DNA from: Ignavibacteriota bacterium | Lineage (GTDB): Bacteria; Bacteroidota; Ignavibacteria; UBA10030 | Reading direction: 5' to 3' | DNA length: 64,000 nucleotides | Assembly: GCA_963701295.1 (NCBI GenBank) | Contig: OY969585.1 | Span: 32,001-96,000, forward strand | In this document: positions 40,850-50,815 of the stretch, one piece after another | Layout: each line of letters opens with the position of its first letter | Numbering within the stretch: position 1 is the first letter of the stretch | The notes under the pieces: generated by a model | What the model was told of the DNA's origin: nothing | The model's database searches: none | Seen by the model: only the letters and a program-made list of their open reading frames with translations | Made by a program: the position numbers and the translations under genes

Positions 40850-41851
40850 TTATCGAACCCCAACGATGAGTACCATCATCTCTCCTTTCATACCGCTGGG
40901 TTCATCTACTTGGCGAGCTGCGGGAAGGAATATTCGGTGCGATTGCGGATCAATAGCAAGCGTTTTTGCTCCAAGAGAAGTAAGAACTTTACCGACTAAA
41001 GCAAACTTCGCCGGACCTTCTTCGCGGATGACATCAACGCTGCCATCCTTATTCGAGACATAGATCAGTCCGGTACCGGCATCGAACGCCGTACCATCCA
41101 CACCCTTGCCGATGGAAAAATGTGCTAGAATGTGTCCATCATCCGCGTTCATTGCTACAAAAATCTGGTTTCTTCCACCGATGAAGAGAACACGGTTTGT
41201 TCGATCCATCGAAAGTCCCGTTGGTGTTTCTGCCGGAGCAAGTGGCCATCTCGAACATATCTTGAGTGATGTTGCATCGAACCGTATGATCTCATTTGTA
41301 TTCTCAATGTTCACAAAAATATCTCCTCTGCCGTCCGCTACAGGACATTCTGGTGGGCCGCCGAGTTCCATCATTCCAACAACAGCCATAGTTGCGGCAT
41401 CGATAGCAGTACAATTTTCACTTTCACCATTGAACGTGAAGATGCGCTTCGTCACCGGTTCATACAGGATGGCATCAGGTTTTTTCCCTACATCAATCGT
41501 TCCAATGATCCCCAGCGTCTTGAGGTCGAAGACAGTGACATTGTCGCTTTTACCGTTGCTTGTGAAACCGCGGGAGAATTCAGAAGCAAGTGCGACACCA
41601 TGAACACCTGACGTTTTTTCGATACTTCCTATGCGATCCTTTGTATCGTATTGAACGACTTCGACACAAGTACCGTGAGAGATATACAGGCGGTGTGCTA
41701 AAGTATCGCATGTGATGTAATCCATCCCTCCGGAACCACCCACAGCGATTGTATCGAGGACAACAGGAAGAACGGATTGTGCCAAGGTGAACGAGGCTGC
41801 GTTGCAGAGGAGCACGATGAGAATAAGCAACCATGTGAATGTGCGTTTCAT
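40850..41851 (-). CDS. YncE/YVTN beta-propeller protein
   Basis: Signal peptide, GVHGVALA, VGKKPDAILYEP, GAKTLAIDP repeats. Confidence 0.85.
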   Translation of the reverse strand: MKRTFTWLLILIVLLCNAASFTLAQSVLPVVLDTIAVGGSGGMDYITCDTLAHRLYISHGTCVEVVQYDTKDRIGSIEKTSGVHGVALASEFSRGFTSNGKSDNVTVFDLKTLGIIGTIDVGKKPDAILYEPVTKRIFTFNGESENCTAIDAATMAVVGMMELGGPPECPVADGRGDIFVNIENTNEIIRFDATSLKICSRWPLAPAETPTGLSMDRTNRVLFIGGRNQIFVAMNADDGHILAHFSIGKGVDGTAFDAGTGLIYVSNKDGSVDVIREEGPAKFALVGKVLTSLGAKTLAIDPQSHRIFLPAARQVDEPSGMKGEMMVLIVGVR

Positions 41852-41915
41852 AAAAGTCTCTCAAGAAGTCATGGAATAGTTTTCGTTGATTCGAATGTCG
41901 CTTTTCTAAACGACC

Positions 41916-42896
41916 TCATTTGTGGATCTCATATTTATAGATTTGCTCCCCCTTCTCATTTACAAAGCTGAATCTCATAGTGCTTTGAGTTAATGAAACC
42001 ACTCCAAAGCCGAGAGAAGCAATACTATACTTGGTAAAAGGTGTTTGACCCACAGGCCTCGTTTCAGAGCCTCCGCCGCAGCCAAAATATTCAACAGTTG
42101 CGCTGTCTGGGCGTGAGTGTTGCAAGTCATGATCATGACCTGAGAAACAAGCATTGACATGATACTTTTCAAACAAAGGAACAAACGTGCGTTGAATTTC
42201 CAGTGTGCTGCCATGTGTAGAAGAGGCGGAGTATGCGGGATGATGGAAGAATATGAATTTCCACGTTGCCGTCGATGTGCTGAGCACGCTATCGCACCAT
42301 CTCAATTGCACAACTGTCTTTTGGCCCATCACATGATGTTTATCCTCTTTTTCATTAATGTATTCCTCAACAAGAGGAGAAGAGTCAAGAATCACAAAAA
42401 GGACTCGGGTTGAATCGTGAAGTTTCTTCGTGAAGCTAAAGTACCGTGCAGGTTCAACCCATCTCTTACTCGTCTTTGCATACTCAAGTTCCGCCTCGAC
42501 ATTGCCTTCATAATCATGGTTTCCGAGTGTGATGTACCATGGAATCATCAAAGATTCGTCAGCATATACTTTTTCAAAATTCACGTTCCAAAGCGGATCC
42601 GTGACACTTGATACACCCTTGCTATGAAAATTGTCGCCACACGTCACCACAAATGACGCTTTGATGTCTTTGGCTGTAACTCCGAATTGTTTCGCGACCT
42701 TGAGTTGGCCTGGAGTCTTCTTATTCGTGTCGTTGATTCCTTCTCTGCCCCAGTCACTGAGGATAAGGAAATTCAATGAACTTTTGCCAAGTGATAATTG
42801 ATTCGGATTCCCATTCAATGATTGAGATCGCAGCTTTACGAAGGACCCTAAAACTAGAATTATTAGAGTGAACGATAAAATACGTAATCGATTCAT
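41916..42896 (-). CDS. Purple/tartrate-resistant acid phosphatase (ACP5-like)
   Basis: DWG, GDNF, GNHDY, HHP, GHDH; signal peptide; AAGGAG before ATG 42896. Confidence 0.9.
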   Translation of the reverse strand: MNRLRILSFTLIILVLGSFVKLRSQSLNGNPNQLSLGKSSLNFLILSDWGREGINDTNKKTPGQLKVAKQFGVTAKDIKASFVVTCGDNFHSKGVSSVTDPLWNVNFEKVYADESLMIPWYITLGNHDYEGNVEAELEYAKTSKRWVEPARYFSFTKKLHDSTRVLFVILDSSPLVEEYINEKEDKHHVMGQKTVVQLRWCDSVLSTSTATWKFIFFHHPAYSASSTHGSTLEIQRTFVPLFEKYHVNACFSGHDHDLQHSRPDSATVEYFGCGGGSETRPVGQTPFTKYSIASLGFGVVSLTQSTMRFSFVNEKGEQIYKYEIHK

Positions 42897-43011
42897 AACG
42901 TACTCCTTAATTGACAGTATGGAACAGATGAATAAACGGCGATGCAAACCTGTGCGGCAGCACCGCCGTTCAACATAGATGGAACAGGAACTTGTTTATA
43001 TCCAGTTCTGG

Positions 43012-44520
43012 TTATTTCAGCATCACCATACGACTGACGCTGCTCATCGAACCGGATTCTAGTTTATACATATAAACTCCTGATGCTAAGTTTGATCCAT
43101 AGAACTGCACGTTATGCGTTCCTGCAGTTTCCACTTCATCGACAAGCGTACGCACCAATTGTCCAAGAATATTAAACACTCTTAGTGTAACCTGTCCATT
43201 ATGTGGCAGAACATATTGGATAGTCGTTGTCGGGTTGAAAGGATTTGGATAGTTCTGTTTCAGCGCGAATGTGGCTGGGATGCTCGTGGGCGCATTGTCG
43301 ACACCGCTTGCTTTCATTACGCCAAGAGCACCCACGTCTGCGGCACCAGGAAGCTGTCCAGCGAATACTGGGTTTGTCCAGCTCGCAGGTGGCGTGTAGC
43401 CCTTGTTGGCATAAGTTGCGAGAAGATGATAATCATTATTGCTATCAAGTGAGTTGTAATCGTCCGCAAACCATGGGCTGTAACGGACAAACGGAGAGCC
43501 GGTATGGCCGATAAATTTATCGTTCGCTTGCTGCCGAGCAACACCATCCGGAGCATAGAAAACGTTCGTCATGCTCAAGCTGTCGGCGGAACCGAAGAAG
43601 AAATTGTTGTCGTAATGCACGCGCAGTGTATCCGCTGCCGTCGTGATCTCGATATCCTGGTTGTTGTCGCCAAAAATGTTATTATAGATTTCTGCGCGGG
43701 CGCTTACATCCACGAGAATGCCATATCCGGTTTCCCCGGTACGGCGCCAGCCGCTCGCAACGCACGTGTTGTTATGCACACATACATTCGTCAAGCGCGT
43801 GAGGCCGCTCTTATCCGAATTAATTTTGATAGCGCTTCCACCGGCTGCCCAGACGATATTATACGCTATCTCTCCATACGCGCCGCTCTTAATATTGAGG
43901 TTATCGCCATCCGGTGCACCGCAATATTTGCAGACATTTCGCAGAATGCTGAATGTGCCGCCATGAATGCCAATGGCATCATCAACGGTACCATTGATTA
44001 AATTATCCGTAAATATTGTCTGTGTTTGATTTTGATAATCCGAATAGACGTCTACCGTTCTATAGGCATGTCCGGCGAGATTGGTTCCACCTGCACAATA
44101 GATTTTCGTAAATTTCATGCTGAAGATTCCGCAAGAATCTGCCATGATACCACCCCATTGGCCCGGGCCGAGATTTCTGCGGTTAGCAGGAACCGTAACG
44201 ACGATGGGATTTGTTGAAGTGCCATCGAAATAGAACTTACCAAATGTAAACATTGCTCCGTTCACGCTTTGCATGATGATCGTATCACCCGCACTCACAT
44301 GAAGTGAATCACCCGGATTGACCACAATAGAATCTGTGATAACATAGGTTGTATTCGGAAGTGTCGTTCCATGAATGGGGCCAGAAAGCGGCCCTGATGT
44401 GATCGTTTGAGCATGCATAACGGCATGCCATGAAATTGCAACTATTATAAGAAGTGCAGACACATATCTTCCCATAGTAGTTTGTTGTAACGGTTTCAAA
44501 TTGTTTAGTAAAGCACTCAT
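43012..44520 (-). CDS. Right-handed beta-helix protein with C-terminal secretion/sorting domain
   Basis: GQWGGI, Asn-ladder repeats, LKQNYPNPFNPTTTI..LASGVYMYKL. Confidence 0.8.
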   Translation of the reverse strand: MSALLNNLKPLQQTTMGRYVSALLIIVAISWHAVMHAQTITSGPLSGPIHGTTLPNTTYVITDSIVVNPGDSLHVSAGDTIIMQSVNGAMFTFGKFYFDGTSTNPIVVTVPANRRNLGPGQWGGIMADSCGIFSMKFTKIYCAGGTNLAGHAYRTVDVYSDYQNQTQTIFTDNLINGTVDDAIGIHGGTFSILRNVCKYCGAPDGDNLNIKSGAYGEIAYNIVWAAGGSAIKINSDKSGLTRLTNVCVHNNTCVASGWRRTGETGYGILVDVSARAEIYNNIFGDNNQDIEITTAADTLRVHYDNNFFFGSADSLSMTNVFYAPDGVARQQANDKFIGHTGSPFVRYSPWFADDYNSLDSNNDYHLLATYANKGYTPPASWTNPVFAGQLPGAADVGALGVMKASGVDNAPTSIPATFALKQNYPNPFNPTTTIQYVLPHNGQVTLRVFNILGQLVRTLVDEVETAGTHNVQFYGSNLASGVYMYKLESGSMSSVSRMVMLK

Positions 44521-44564
44521 AAAAAATACTCCTTTAGTAATTTGTGATATATTATTGAATTAGT

Positions 44565-47426
44565 TTATAAGCGAAAATTAATTCCAATGGTACCGTGAAG
44601 CCTATTGGTGTCTCTTTGAACAAACATAGTCGGATGTTTAATCAGCTCGCCGGATGGAATTTCTTGTACGACATGAGAATTCAATAAGTTTGAAAGCTTC
44701 AATGAAAGCTTGAGACCGGGAAGTATCTCCTGATCAGCAGCGCAATCCATATCGTCGACGGCATCTTCATATATGTCTAATGCATCATAATTATTGACAG
44801 CAACGAGCCGCCTGCCGGTATAATTATAGGATACACGTATACCAGTACCCCATTGCGCATTCTCATAAGAAAGAGTAGCATTCGCTAAAACCGGTGATTG
44901 AGATTGAAGCGGACGAGTGCGCTTGAAATAGACGGTAAATTGGTCGCCAGTGTTCTGATTTATCGTATCGCAATAGACTTGATCGGTGATGCGTGAATAG
45001 ACATATGTATAATTTCCGGATATCCCAAAGTTTTCGAGGTGCACGAGAGCAGATACTTCTGCACCATAAACATCCGCCGGATTGCCGTTACCTTTTGTTA
45101 TGGTTGATATATTAGTCCCATATACTTCATCCTCAATTGGATCAATGATGCGTTTTGCATAAACACCAATAGAGAACTGATTTGTGGTAGAAGTAACATA
45201 CTCATATTGCAAGTCGATATTGGTTGAGCGTGCGGCTCTCAGGTTGGGATTGCCTTGAGTTGAAGTATTGTCTCCCTTATCCTGTGCCGGAACAAGATCA
45301 AAATAACTTGGACGGCTCATTGTCCGAGTGACAGAAAAACGAATAATATTTTCTGGATCGAGAGCGTAGCGGATGTGCATACTCGGCATTAAATCGACAA
45401 ATATCACGGTATCTTGAGTTGGACCTGAAATTGGGCCTTGCGTGATGGGAGCCGCTGTCCAGTACACGTCATGCGCCTGTTCCCAACGAACGCCGGTAAG
45501 AACCTGCAGTGAACCTATGTTAAAAGCATATTCGGCATAACCCGACCAAAGACCTTCCTGTGCTTTGTAATTCTGATAGCCAAAAACAGGATTCCCAGCA
45601 CTGCCAACCACGAAAACCTGCACACTGTCTATTTCTGTGAAGGTTTGTGTCCTTCCATTTTTCTGGATTATCGGGTTTAATAAAAAATCATCCTGGAAGT
45701 TTACGCGATTAAGCGCCTGATAGCTTGCACCGGTTTGAATAGTATGTGTACCATCTTCTGTCAACTTCCAGGAAATATCCACTTTCGTAAGATATTGTTT
45801 GTCGTTATTCTTTCGCCATGAATGAAAAATACTGCCGAATCCGTATGTAGATGGAAGATTTCCATACTTGTCGTAGGATTGCAGCAACGTATATTCCGCA
45901 TCATCCGGACGATCCTGGATTGCATCTGAATAATTCGCGACCCATCGAAGTGAGATGGAGGATAATGTAAAATGTTCACCTGAGAGAGAATAATTCGCTA
46001 TGGTCTGTATGTTCAGTGCTGAGCGGTAGGAAGTTGTAACGGATGCTGCCCCCCTTTCACCGTTAAGAGTTGATGAAATACCATGCAAGGTCAAATCTTG
46101 AACCTGATTGACATAAATGAATGTCGCTGCAAGCTGCTGATCGATATCCATAATATAGTCGGCCTTGACTGTCGCTCCGTCGCGCATCTTGTGTATCCCG
46201 TACGTTCGATTATCCAGTGTCTGATTGTATGGTATATAATTGCTACTAAATTGCTTATCAACCGTGTAAACCTGTGTCTCGGTCACATTGTAAGTGTTTT
46301 GATAACTTCCGGCGGCAATAATACCGAATTGCTTATCAAAGAATCGATTGCCGATGACGAGGGAGTATATTCCATCCGGTGGTGCGGTCTTATTTGTAAA
46401 TTTGAGATCGTTGACTGTAAAATCAGATGGACTTGCTATATAGCGATGTGCAAGCAGCGTTGTCGGATCAGATTCGCTTACCGTACCGTGGAGCCGGTCA
46501 GGATCAAGTTCAGGGACCGTACTCGGATCGAACGACGTTATCGTGCCATGAATGAGTGAAGAGCTGTAGCCCGTAGCAGCACTCGCATTGAGAACGAGAG
46601 TTTCCGGAGCACTGCGAAAAATGAGGTCGGTCGTTCCTCCAATAGCATCGCCAGGAAGATCAGGCGTTAGGGCTTTCGTTACATCGATACGTTCGAAAAG
46701 GGCGGAGGGAAAGATGTCGAGAGGAACGAATCTGTCCTTTGATTCGGGACTTGGAATTTTGATTCCGTCCACCAGCGTGTTGTTGTACTGCTGTTCCAAT
46801 CCTCGCATAACGACATAGCGTCCTTCTCCGTTATCCTTTATGAGCGAGAGCCCGGAGATACGCTGGAGTACTTCGGCTGCGGTTCTATCAGTGGAGCGTT
46901 CGATGGTCTGAGCCGTTATAATATTGATGATATTGTTAGATTCGAACTCGCTACGAATTCCAGAGGATTCGAGCTCGCGGTTTGCCCTTCCACGGATGAC
47001 GACATCTGAGACGCTCATAGGACTTTCCTTGATGATGATCTCAAGAAACACTTCAGAAGTGTCATCCGGAACAATCACATTCTTGTCTTCATAGGGAGCG
47101 TATCCGAGCATGCTGACACGGATCGTGTATGTTCCTGCAAACATCGACACAAAAAAATCACCTGAAGCATTCGTAACAGCTCCCATCCCTGTTCCAGGTA
47201 ACGAGACATTTGCTCCTACGATGGGTTCTTTTGTTCCTTTCGCGCGTATAGTGCCGCGGATTGTGCCGGCATAAACACCACCGAAGCAGAGTGCAGTAAA
47301 TATAAATGCAGTAATCAAGCGAATTATTATTTGTGCATCCAATGTGTAATAAGTCAGATGAGTGCGGTTTCCAATCCAGGCATAGTTTCCAGATACTTCG
47401 CCGAGAGAATGTGATGATATCATCAT
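44565..47426 (-). CDS. TonB-dependent receptor (start uncertain)
   Basis: CarboxypepD_reg-like N-domain, plug EGRYVVMRGL..IPSP..R.VPLD, GNPNL, C-terminal GINFRL. Confidence 0.92.
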   Translation of the reverse strand: MMISSHSLGEVSGNYAWIGNRTHLTYYTLDAQIIIRLITAFIFTALCFGGVYAGTIRGTIRAKGTKEPIVGANVSLPGTGMGAVTNASGDFFVSMFAGTYTIRVSMLGYAPYEDKNVIVPDDTSEVFLEIIIKESPMSVSDVVIRGRANRELESSGIRSEFESNNIINIITAQTIERSTDRTAAEVLQRISGLSLIKDNGEGRYVVMRGLEQQYNNTLVDGIKIPSPESKDRFVPLDIFPSALFERIDVTKALTPDLPGDAIGGTTDLIFRSAPETLVLNASAATGYSSSLIHGTITSFDPSTVPELDPDRLHGTVSESDPTTLLAHRYIASPSDFTVNDLKFTNKTAPPDGIYSLVIGNRFFDKQFGIIAAGSYQNTYNVTETQVYTVDKQFSSNYIPYNQTLDNRTYGIHKMRDGATVKADYIMDIDQQLAATFIYVNQVQDLTLHGISSTLNGERGAASVTTSYRSALNIQTIANYSLSGEHFTLSSISLRWVANYSDAIQDRPDDAEYTLLQSYDKYGNLPSTYGFGSIFHSWRKNNDKQYLTKVDISWKLTEDGTHTIQTGASYQALNRVNFQDDFLLNPIIQKNGRTQTFTEIDSVQVFVVGSAGNPVFGYQNYKAQEGLWSGYAEYAFNIGSLQVLTGVRWEQAHDVYWTAAPITQGPISGPTQDTVIFVDLMPSMHIRYALDPENIIRFSVTRTMSRPSYFDLVPAQDKGDNTSTQGNPNLRAARSTNIDLQYEYVTSTTNQFSIGVYAKRIIDPIEDEVYGTNISTITKGNGNPADVYGAEVSALVHLENFGISGNYTYVYSRITDQVYCDTINQNTGDQFTVYFKRTRPLQSQSPVLANATLSYENAQWGTGIRVSYNYTGRRLVAVNNYDALDIYEDAVDDMDCAADQEILPGLKLSLKLSNLLNSHVVQEIPSGELIKHPTMFVQRDTNRLHGTIGINFRL

Positions 47427-47779
47427 GAGAGTGTCAACTTGCCTTTATGAACAGCCATTGTTGATGAGAAAGTCCAGGCAAATGATTCAATAGAAAAAAG
47501 AAGAAGGAGTGTTGTGACTCCAACATTGAGAGAAGAGAACCGATATGTGATATTCCCGATAGAAAATCTCGCAGCATTCTTGAAAACAAAAATTTTTATC
47601 AACTGAAGTATTACAACGGAACATAGCAGAAACGTAAGATGAATACAGGTCATAAATGAACGGAGCCTCAAGACAAAACAAAAAAATGACGGTGCTTAAT
47701 TTTGTGATTCTCACTCTCCAAAGCAGTAAACGCAAACCAGACGGGAATGGAGGAAAAGAAACGAACAAAAGACGTTATC

Positions 47780-47834
47780 AATATAAACCTGCGACGTTAC
47801 AGCAGTACTATGAGAAGGTTATCTGATTGTAACT
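47780..47834 (-). promoter_or_regulatory. Pho-box-type promoter of the TonB receptor operon
   Basis: aGTTACAatca gATAACCttct cATAGTActgc tGTAACGtcgc, 5 bp, TATATT. Confidence 0.7.
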
Positions 47835-48115
47835 TGTGCGCGAAAAAAATCAAAGTGGGGCTGGGCTCGGGCTGAATGGAGCGATCTGCTCTCAACTATT
47901 ATGTGGCAATGAGTAATTTAGTTTTTAATTCAACCATCCGCATTCTAAGGCGCATATACTTTTTTTAGTTATACAATTTTTGAAGGTAACTTTTACATAA
48001 CGCCATTTTCAAAGAGATAAGCACGAGTTCCTATAAAGGTTTTCTTATTTCGATCAAGACAAACAACGCTTGATGAGCAATACCGTCAGGTCGAACGGCT
48101 GGTGGGTTAGCTTTG

Positions 48116-48490
48116 TCACATTTTAAGAAATTTTTCAATAAATAATGGAGTAAGTACACTTCCATATGACCCAATAATATTATTGTCAGGTATATTCCAG
48201 TCGGGAAACCGTCGCCTTAGTGCATCTGCAACGCGGTGTGGAATCTCAACACCATGACTTCGATCATGTGCAGTTCCATCCTTATTGATTGCAATAATCT
48301 GATTTTGCCTATTATAAATGTGCAAATGTGTCATACCGGCAGGAATATAAGGACGATGTAAGATTAGTGAATATGGTCCTATGATTGGTTGACCATTTTG
48401 TCCTGCTTCATAAAGACGATTCTCTGTGTTGACATCAGAGAAATAAATCCAGATTGTGTATTGTTCAATCCTAATGGACGCCCATTTCAT
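48116..48490 (-). CDS. Hypothetical protein with HxH and N.DGT.HD motifs
   Basis: THLHIY..AINKDGTAHDRSHG; ATG 48490 preferred. Confidence 0.6.
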   Translation of the reverse strand: MKWASIRIEQYTIWIYFSDVNTENRLYEAGQNGQPIIGPYSLILHRPYIPAGMTHLHIYNRQNQIIAINKDGTAHDRSHGVEIPHRVADALRRRFPDWNIPDNNIIGSYGSVLTPLFIEKFLKM

Positions 48491-48573
48491 AGATATTGTT
48501 TCCTGTAACGCCACCAGATAAACCGTGATCAAGCTCCACCGGGAATAGAAAGGAAACGCATTCTTGCTTTCAC

Positions 48574-48795
48574 TTAAGCATCGGGCAGCGGACTGAATCG
48601 TTTAGTGAAAACCTGCAGCAGTAATAGTATCCGTGCGAGTACATCCAGCAGCATGCCGATGAAGGAGGGACTCGGCAGAGGCAGCATCATCCACTCAATG
48701 CGGATTTTCGAGAAATCAACCTGCTGGATGACACGCACAGATATTTCTTTCTGAAGTTCACACACGTTTATTCTGATGCCATATGGCATACACAA
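48574..48795 (-). CDS. Possible small protein downstream of a Pho-type promoter
   Basis: 73-aa ORF with hydrophobic C-terminus and no recognisable family. Confidence 0.35.
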   Translation of the reverse strand: MCMPYGIRINVCELQKEISVRVIQQVDFSKIRIEWMMLPLPSPSFIGMLLDVLARILLLLQVFTKRFSPLPDA

Positions 48796-48869
48796 TCCGA
48801 ATGCAAGAAGTACATCCTAATAAAATGATGATTGATATAAGAAGCACTTGTGCATGAAGATTCTTGTAT

Positions 48870-48924
48870 AAGATAGATATTTGTTGTTACTTGAAAATTA
48901 TTAATAGATTATAAAGTTGTTACA
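48870..48924 (-). promoter_or_regulatory. Pho-box-type promoter
   Basis: tGTAACAactt tATAATCtatt aATAATTttca aGTAACAacaa, 5 bp, TATCTT; first unit overlaps the acyltransferase stop codon. Confidence 0.7.
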
Positions 48925-50716
48925 TAGAAAAAACGGCCGGCTTCGTTATAGTCCGCCCCGGATAATAGAGAACAGAGGCATATTGCCCGATATAGCGTTC
49001 ATACTTTTCGTGTGTTAAATGCGCAAGATCTAATTGAAAGAACCCGTCGATACATAATCCAAACCCTTCATCGATACCAAAATCGCAGAACCGCACTCCC
49101 TCCGGCGAACAGAGTTCCGAATATTGCCGTATGAGTGTAGGGATGGATACACCGATAGCACGCAAGCGCAGCTTCAATTTGTTTAAATCTTCCCGGTACG
49201 ATGTTCCGCAGAAATATTCCTGCAGTGCTGCCTGCCTTTCTTCAGGAATACGATAACGGTGTACTGAGGTCACATACCCTTCCGGCGCACCGTACCATTT
49301 GGAGCAGACATGCACCATTGCTTCCTTTGCCTCCGCAGTATAAGTTCCGCTGATGGAAACCGGTCCATAGAGATATTTCACCGTTGGTTCATTGGCGATC
49401 ACAGTACCGATTCCTGCCCACAAATATTCGAGAGCATGCGAATTCCAATATGGCCGTTGAATGAAACTGCGCCCCATTTCCACTGCAGAAGGAAGCAGTT
49501 TGAGAAACTCTTCAGAGAAATGAAAAAGAGACGAAGTATACAACCCTTGTATGCCATGCTTCGGCAGAATTTCATCGCAGAATCCAAGTCGATAGGCGCC
49601 GATAATTTCCAGCTCTTCATCATCCCATAACAGCAGGTGCCGATAATATTGGTCGTATCTGTCAATATCGAGCCGCTTTCCTGTTCCTTCGCCGACATGC
49701 CTGAATGTTACTTCTCGCAACCGGGCAATTTCGCGAACGACGAAAGGCGATTCTTTGGCAGTGACAAGGAATAATTTTCTATTAGGCATCGGCGATCCTA
49801 AATATATCGCAGCATTGAGTTCCCGCCGAAGTACCCGCCATTCGATAGGCCGCGCAATGCCCCTCTCTGTTTTGAAAGGTCCTTTTCGCCCAAAGGGTAA
49901 TGATTCAACTTGTTTGCGCATGAGTTTTGTTGCACCTTTAGGATGAAGATGGATAAATGCATCGGAAGGAATTAATTCGCCAACACGTAAGCGAATAGGT
50001 TCTTGATTTTTACGCAGCATTTCATGCGGCAATAAGAGGGTGGAAGCCTTCTTTGAAATGACAGAAACACCATAAAAGAGCGGAGAATTTTTTGCACCGA
50101 CATGTATCGGCAAAATAGGAGCTTTATGCCGCTGGGCAAAACGCATTGCACCTGTATGCCAATATGCATCGGTAATACCGCGCAACGATATACGCGATAC
50201 TTCTGCAGCGGGGAAAAAAACCACAGCTTCATCATGCTCTAATGCTTGGTCAATCCGACGAATGTTTGAACGGGTGTTTGAACCGGAAAACACATCGATG
50301 GGAAGAAACAAATCTGCTAGATTATCCAGCGCAAGCAGGATATTGTTCGCAACGACACGAACATCTGGACGGACTTCATGGATGGCTTTAAGAATTACCA
50401 ATCCGTCCAGCGCACCTAATGGATGGTTGCTGACGCATACCACTTTGCCTGTTACCGGTATTCTTTCCATCTCACGCGATGAGACGAGGAATGAAACTTC
50501 AAGTGCATCGAATAAATCATCGATCGAATTAAATCCGCGAACGCCGCGATGGTTACGCAAGAACTCTTCCATCCTGTCCATCGATAAAAGGCGGCGGAAG
50601 AATTGAACAATTGTCGACTGAATAGCTACTGGAAGTCTATGCCAATATAAAGGTGCATATCGTGCAAGGATCGCTTCGAGATCAATGTGAGCATCTTGAT
50701 GGGCAGCCTGTACCAA
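48920..50716 (-). CDS. Bifunctional PlsC-type + GNAT acyltransferase (OlsF-like ornithine/amino-lipid synthase)
   Basis: NHPLGALD and FFPAAEVS; RLREVTFR..GEG, DRYD, GAYRLG, EMGRSF, LWAGI; start TTG 50716 after AAAGGA. Confidence 0.8.
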   Translation of the reverse strand: MVQAAHQDAHIDLEAILARYAPLYWHRLPVAIQSTIVQFFRRLLSMDRMEEFLRNHRGVRGFNSIDDLFDALEVSFLVSSREMERIPVTGKVVCVSNHPLGALDGLVILKAIHEVRPDVRVVANNILLALDNLADLFLPIDVFSGSNTRSNIRRIDQALEHDEAVVFFPAAEVSRISLRGITDAYWHTGAMRFAQRHKAPILPIHVGAKNSPLFYGVSVISKKASTLLLPHEMLRKNQEPIRLRVGELIPSDAFIHLHPKGATKLMRKQVESLPFGRKGPFKTERGIARPIEWRVLRRELNAAIYLGSPMPNRKLFLVTAKESPFVVREIARLREVTFRHVGEGTGKRLDIDRYDQYYRHLLLWDDEELEIIGAYRLGFCDEILPKHGIQGLYTSSLFHFSEEFLKLLPSAVEMGRSFIQRPYWNSHALEYLWAGIGTVIANEPTVKYLYGPVSISGTYTAEAKEAMVHVCSKWYGAPEGYVTSVHRYRIPEERQAALQEYFCGTSYREDLNKLKLRLRAIGVSIPTLIRQYSELCSPEGVRFCDFGIDEGFGLCIDGFFQLDLAHLTHEKYERYIGQYASVLYYPGRTITKPAVFSM

Positions 50717-50745
50717 TCCATTTCCTTTCTCATAAATGATGCAAC

Positions 50746-50800
50746 AAGATAGTGTTCTCATATTACGGTGTGATTAGAAAGTCATTAGCGAATCGTAAAA
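50746..50800 (-). promoter_or_regulatory. Pho-box-type promoter of the OlsF-like gene
   Basis: tTTTACGattc gCTAATGactt tCTAATCacac cGTAATAtgag, 5 bp, TATCTT. Confidence 0.65.
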
Positions 50801-50815
50801 ACTATTAGCTTAATA

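Noticed and set aside
48049-48115. Possible integron attC after the 48116 orphan gene
   Set aside because: GCTAAC is present but the far end is not a complementary GTTRRRY core; no integrase or second cassette
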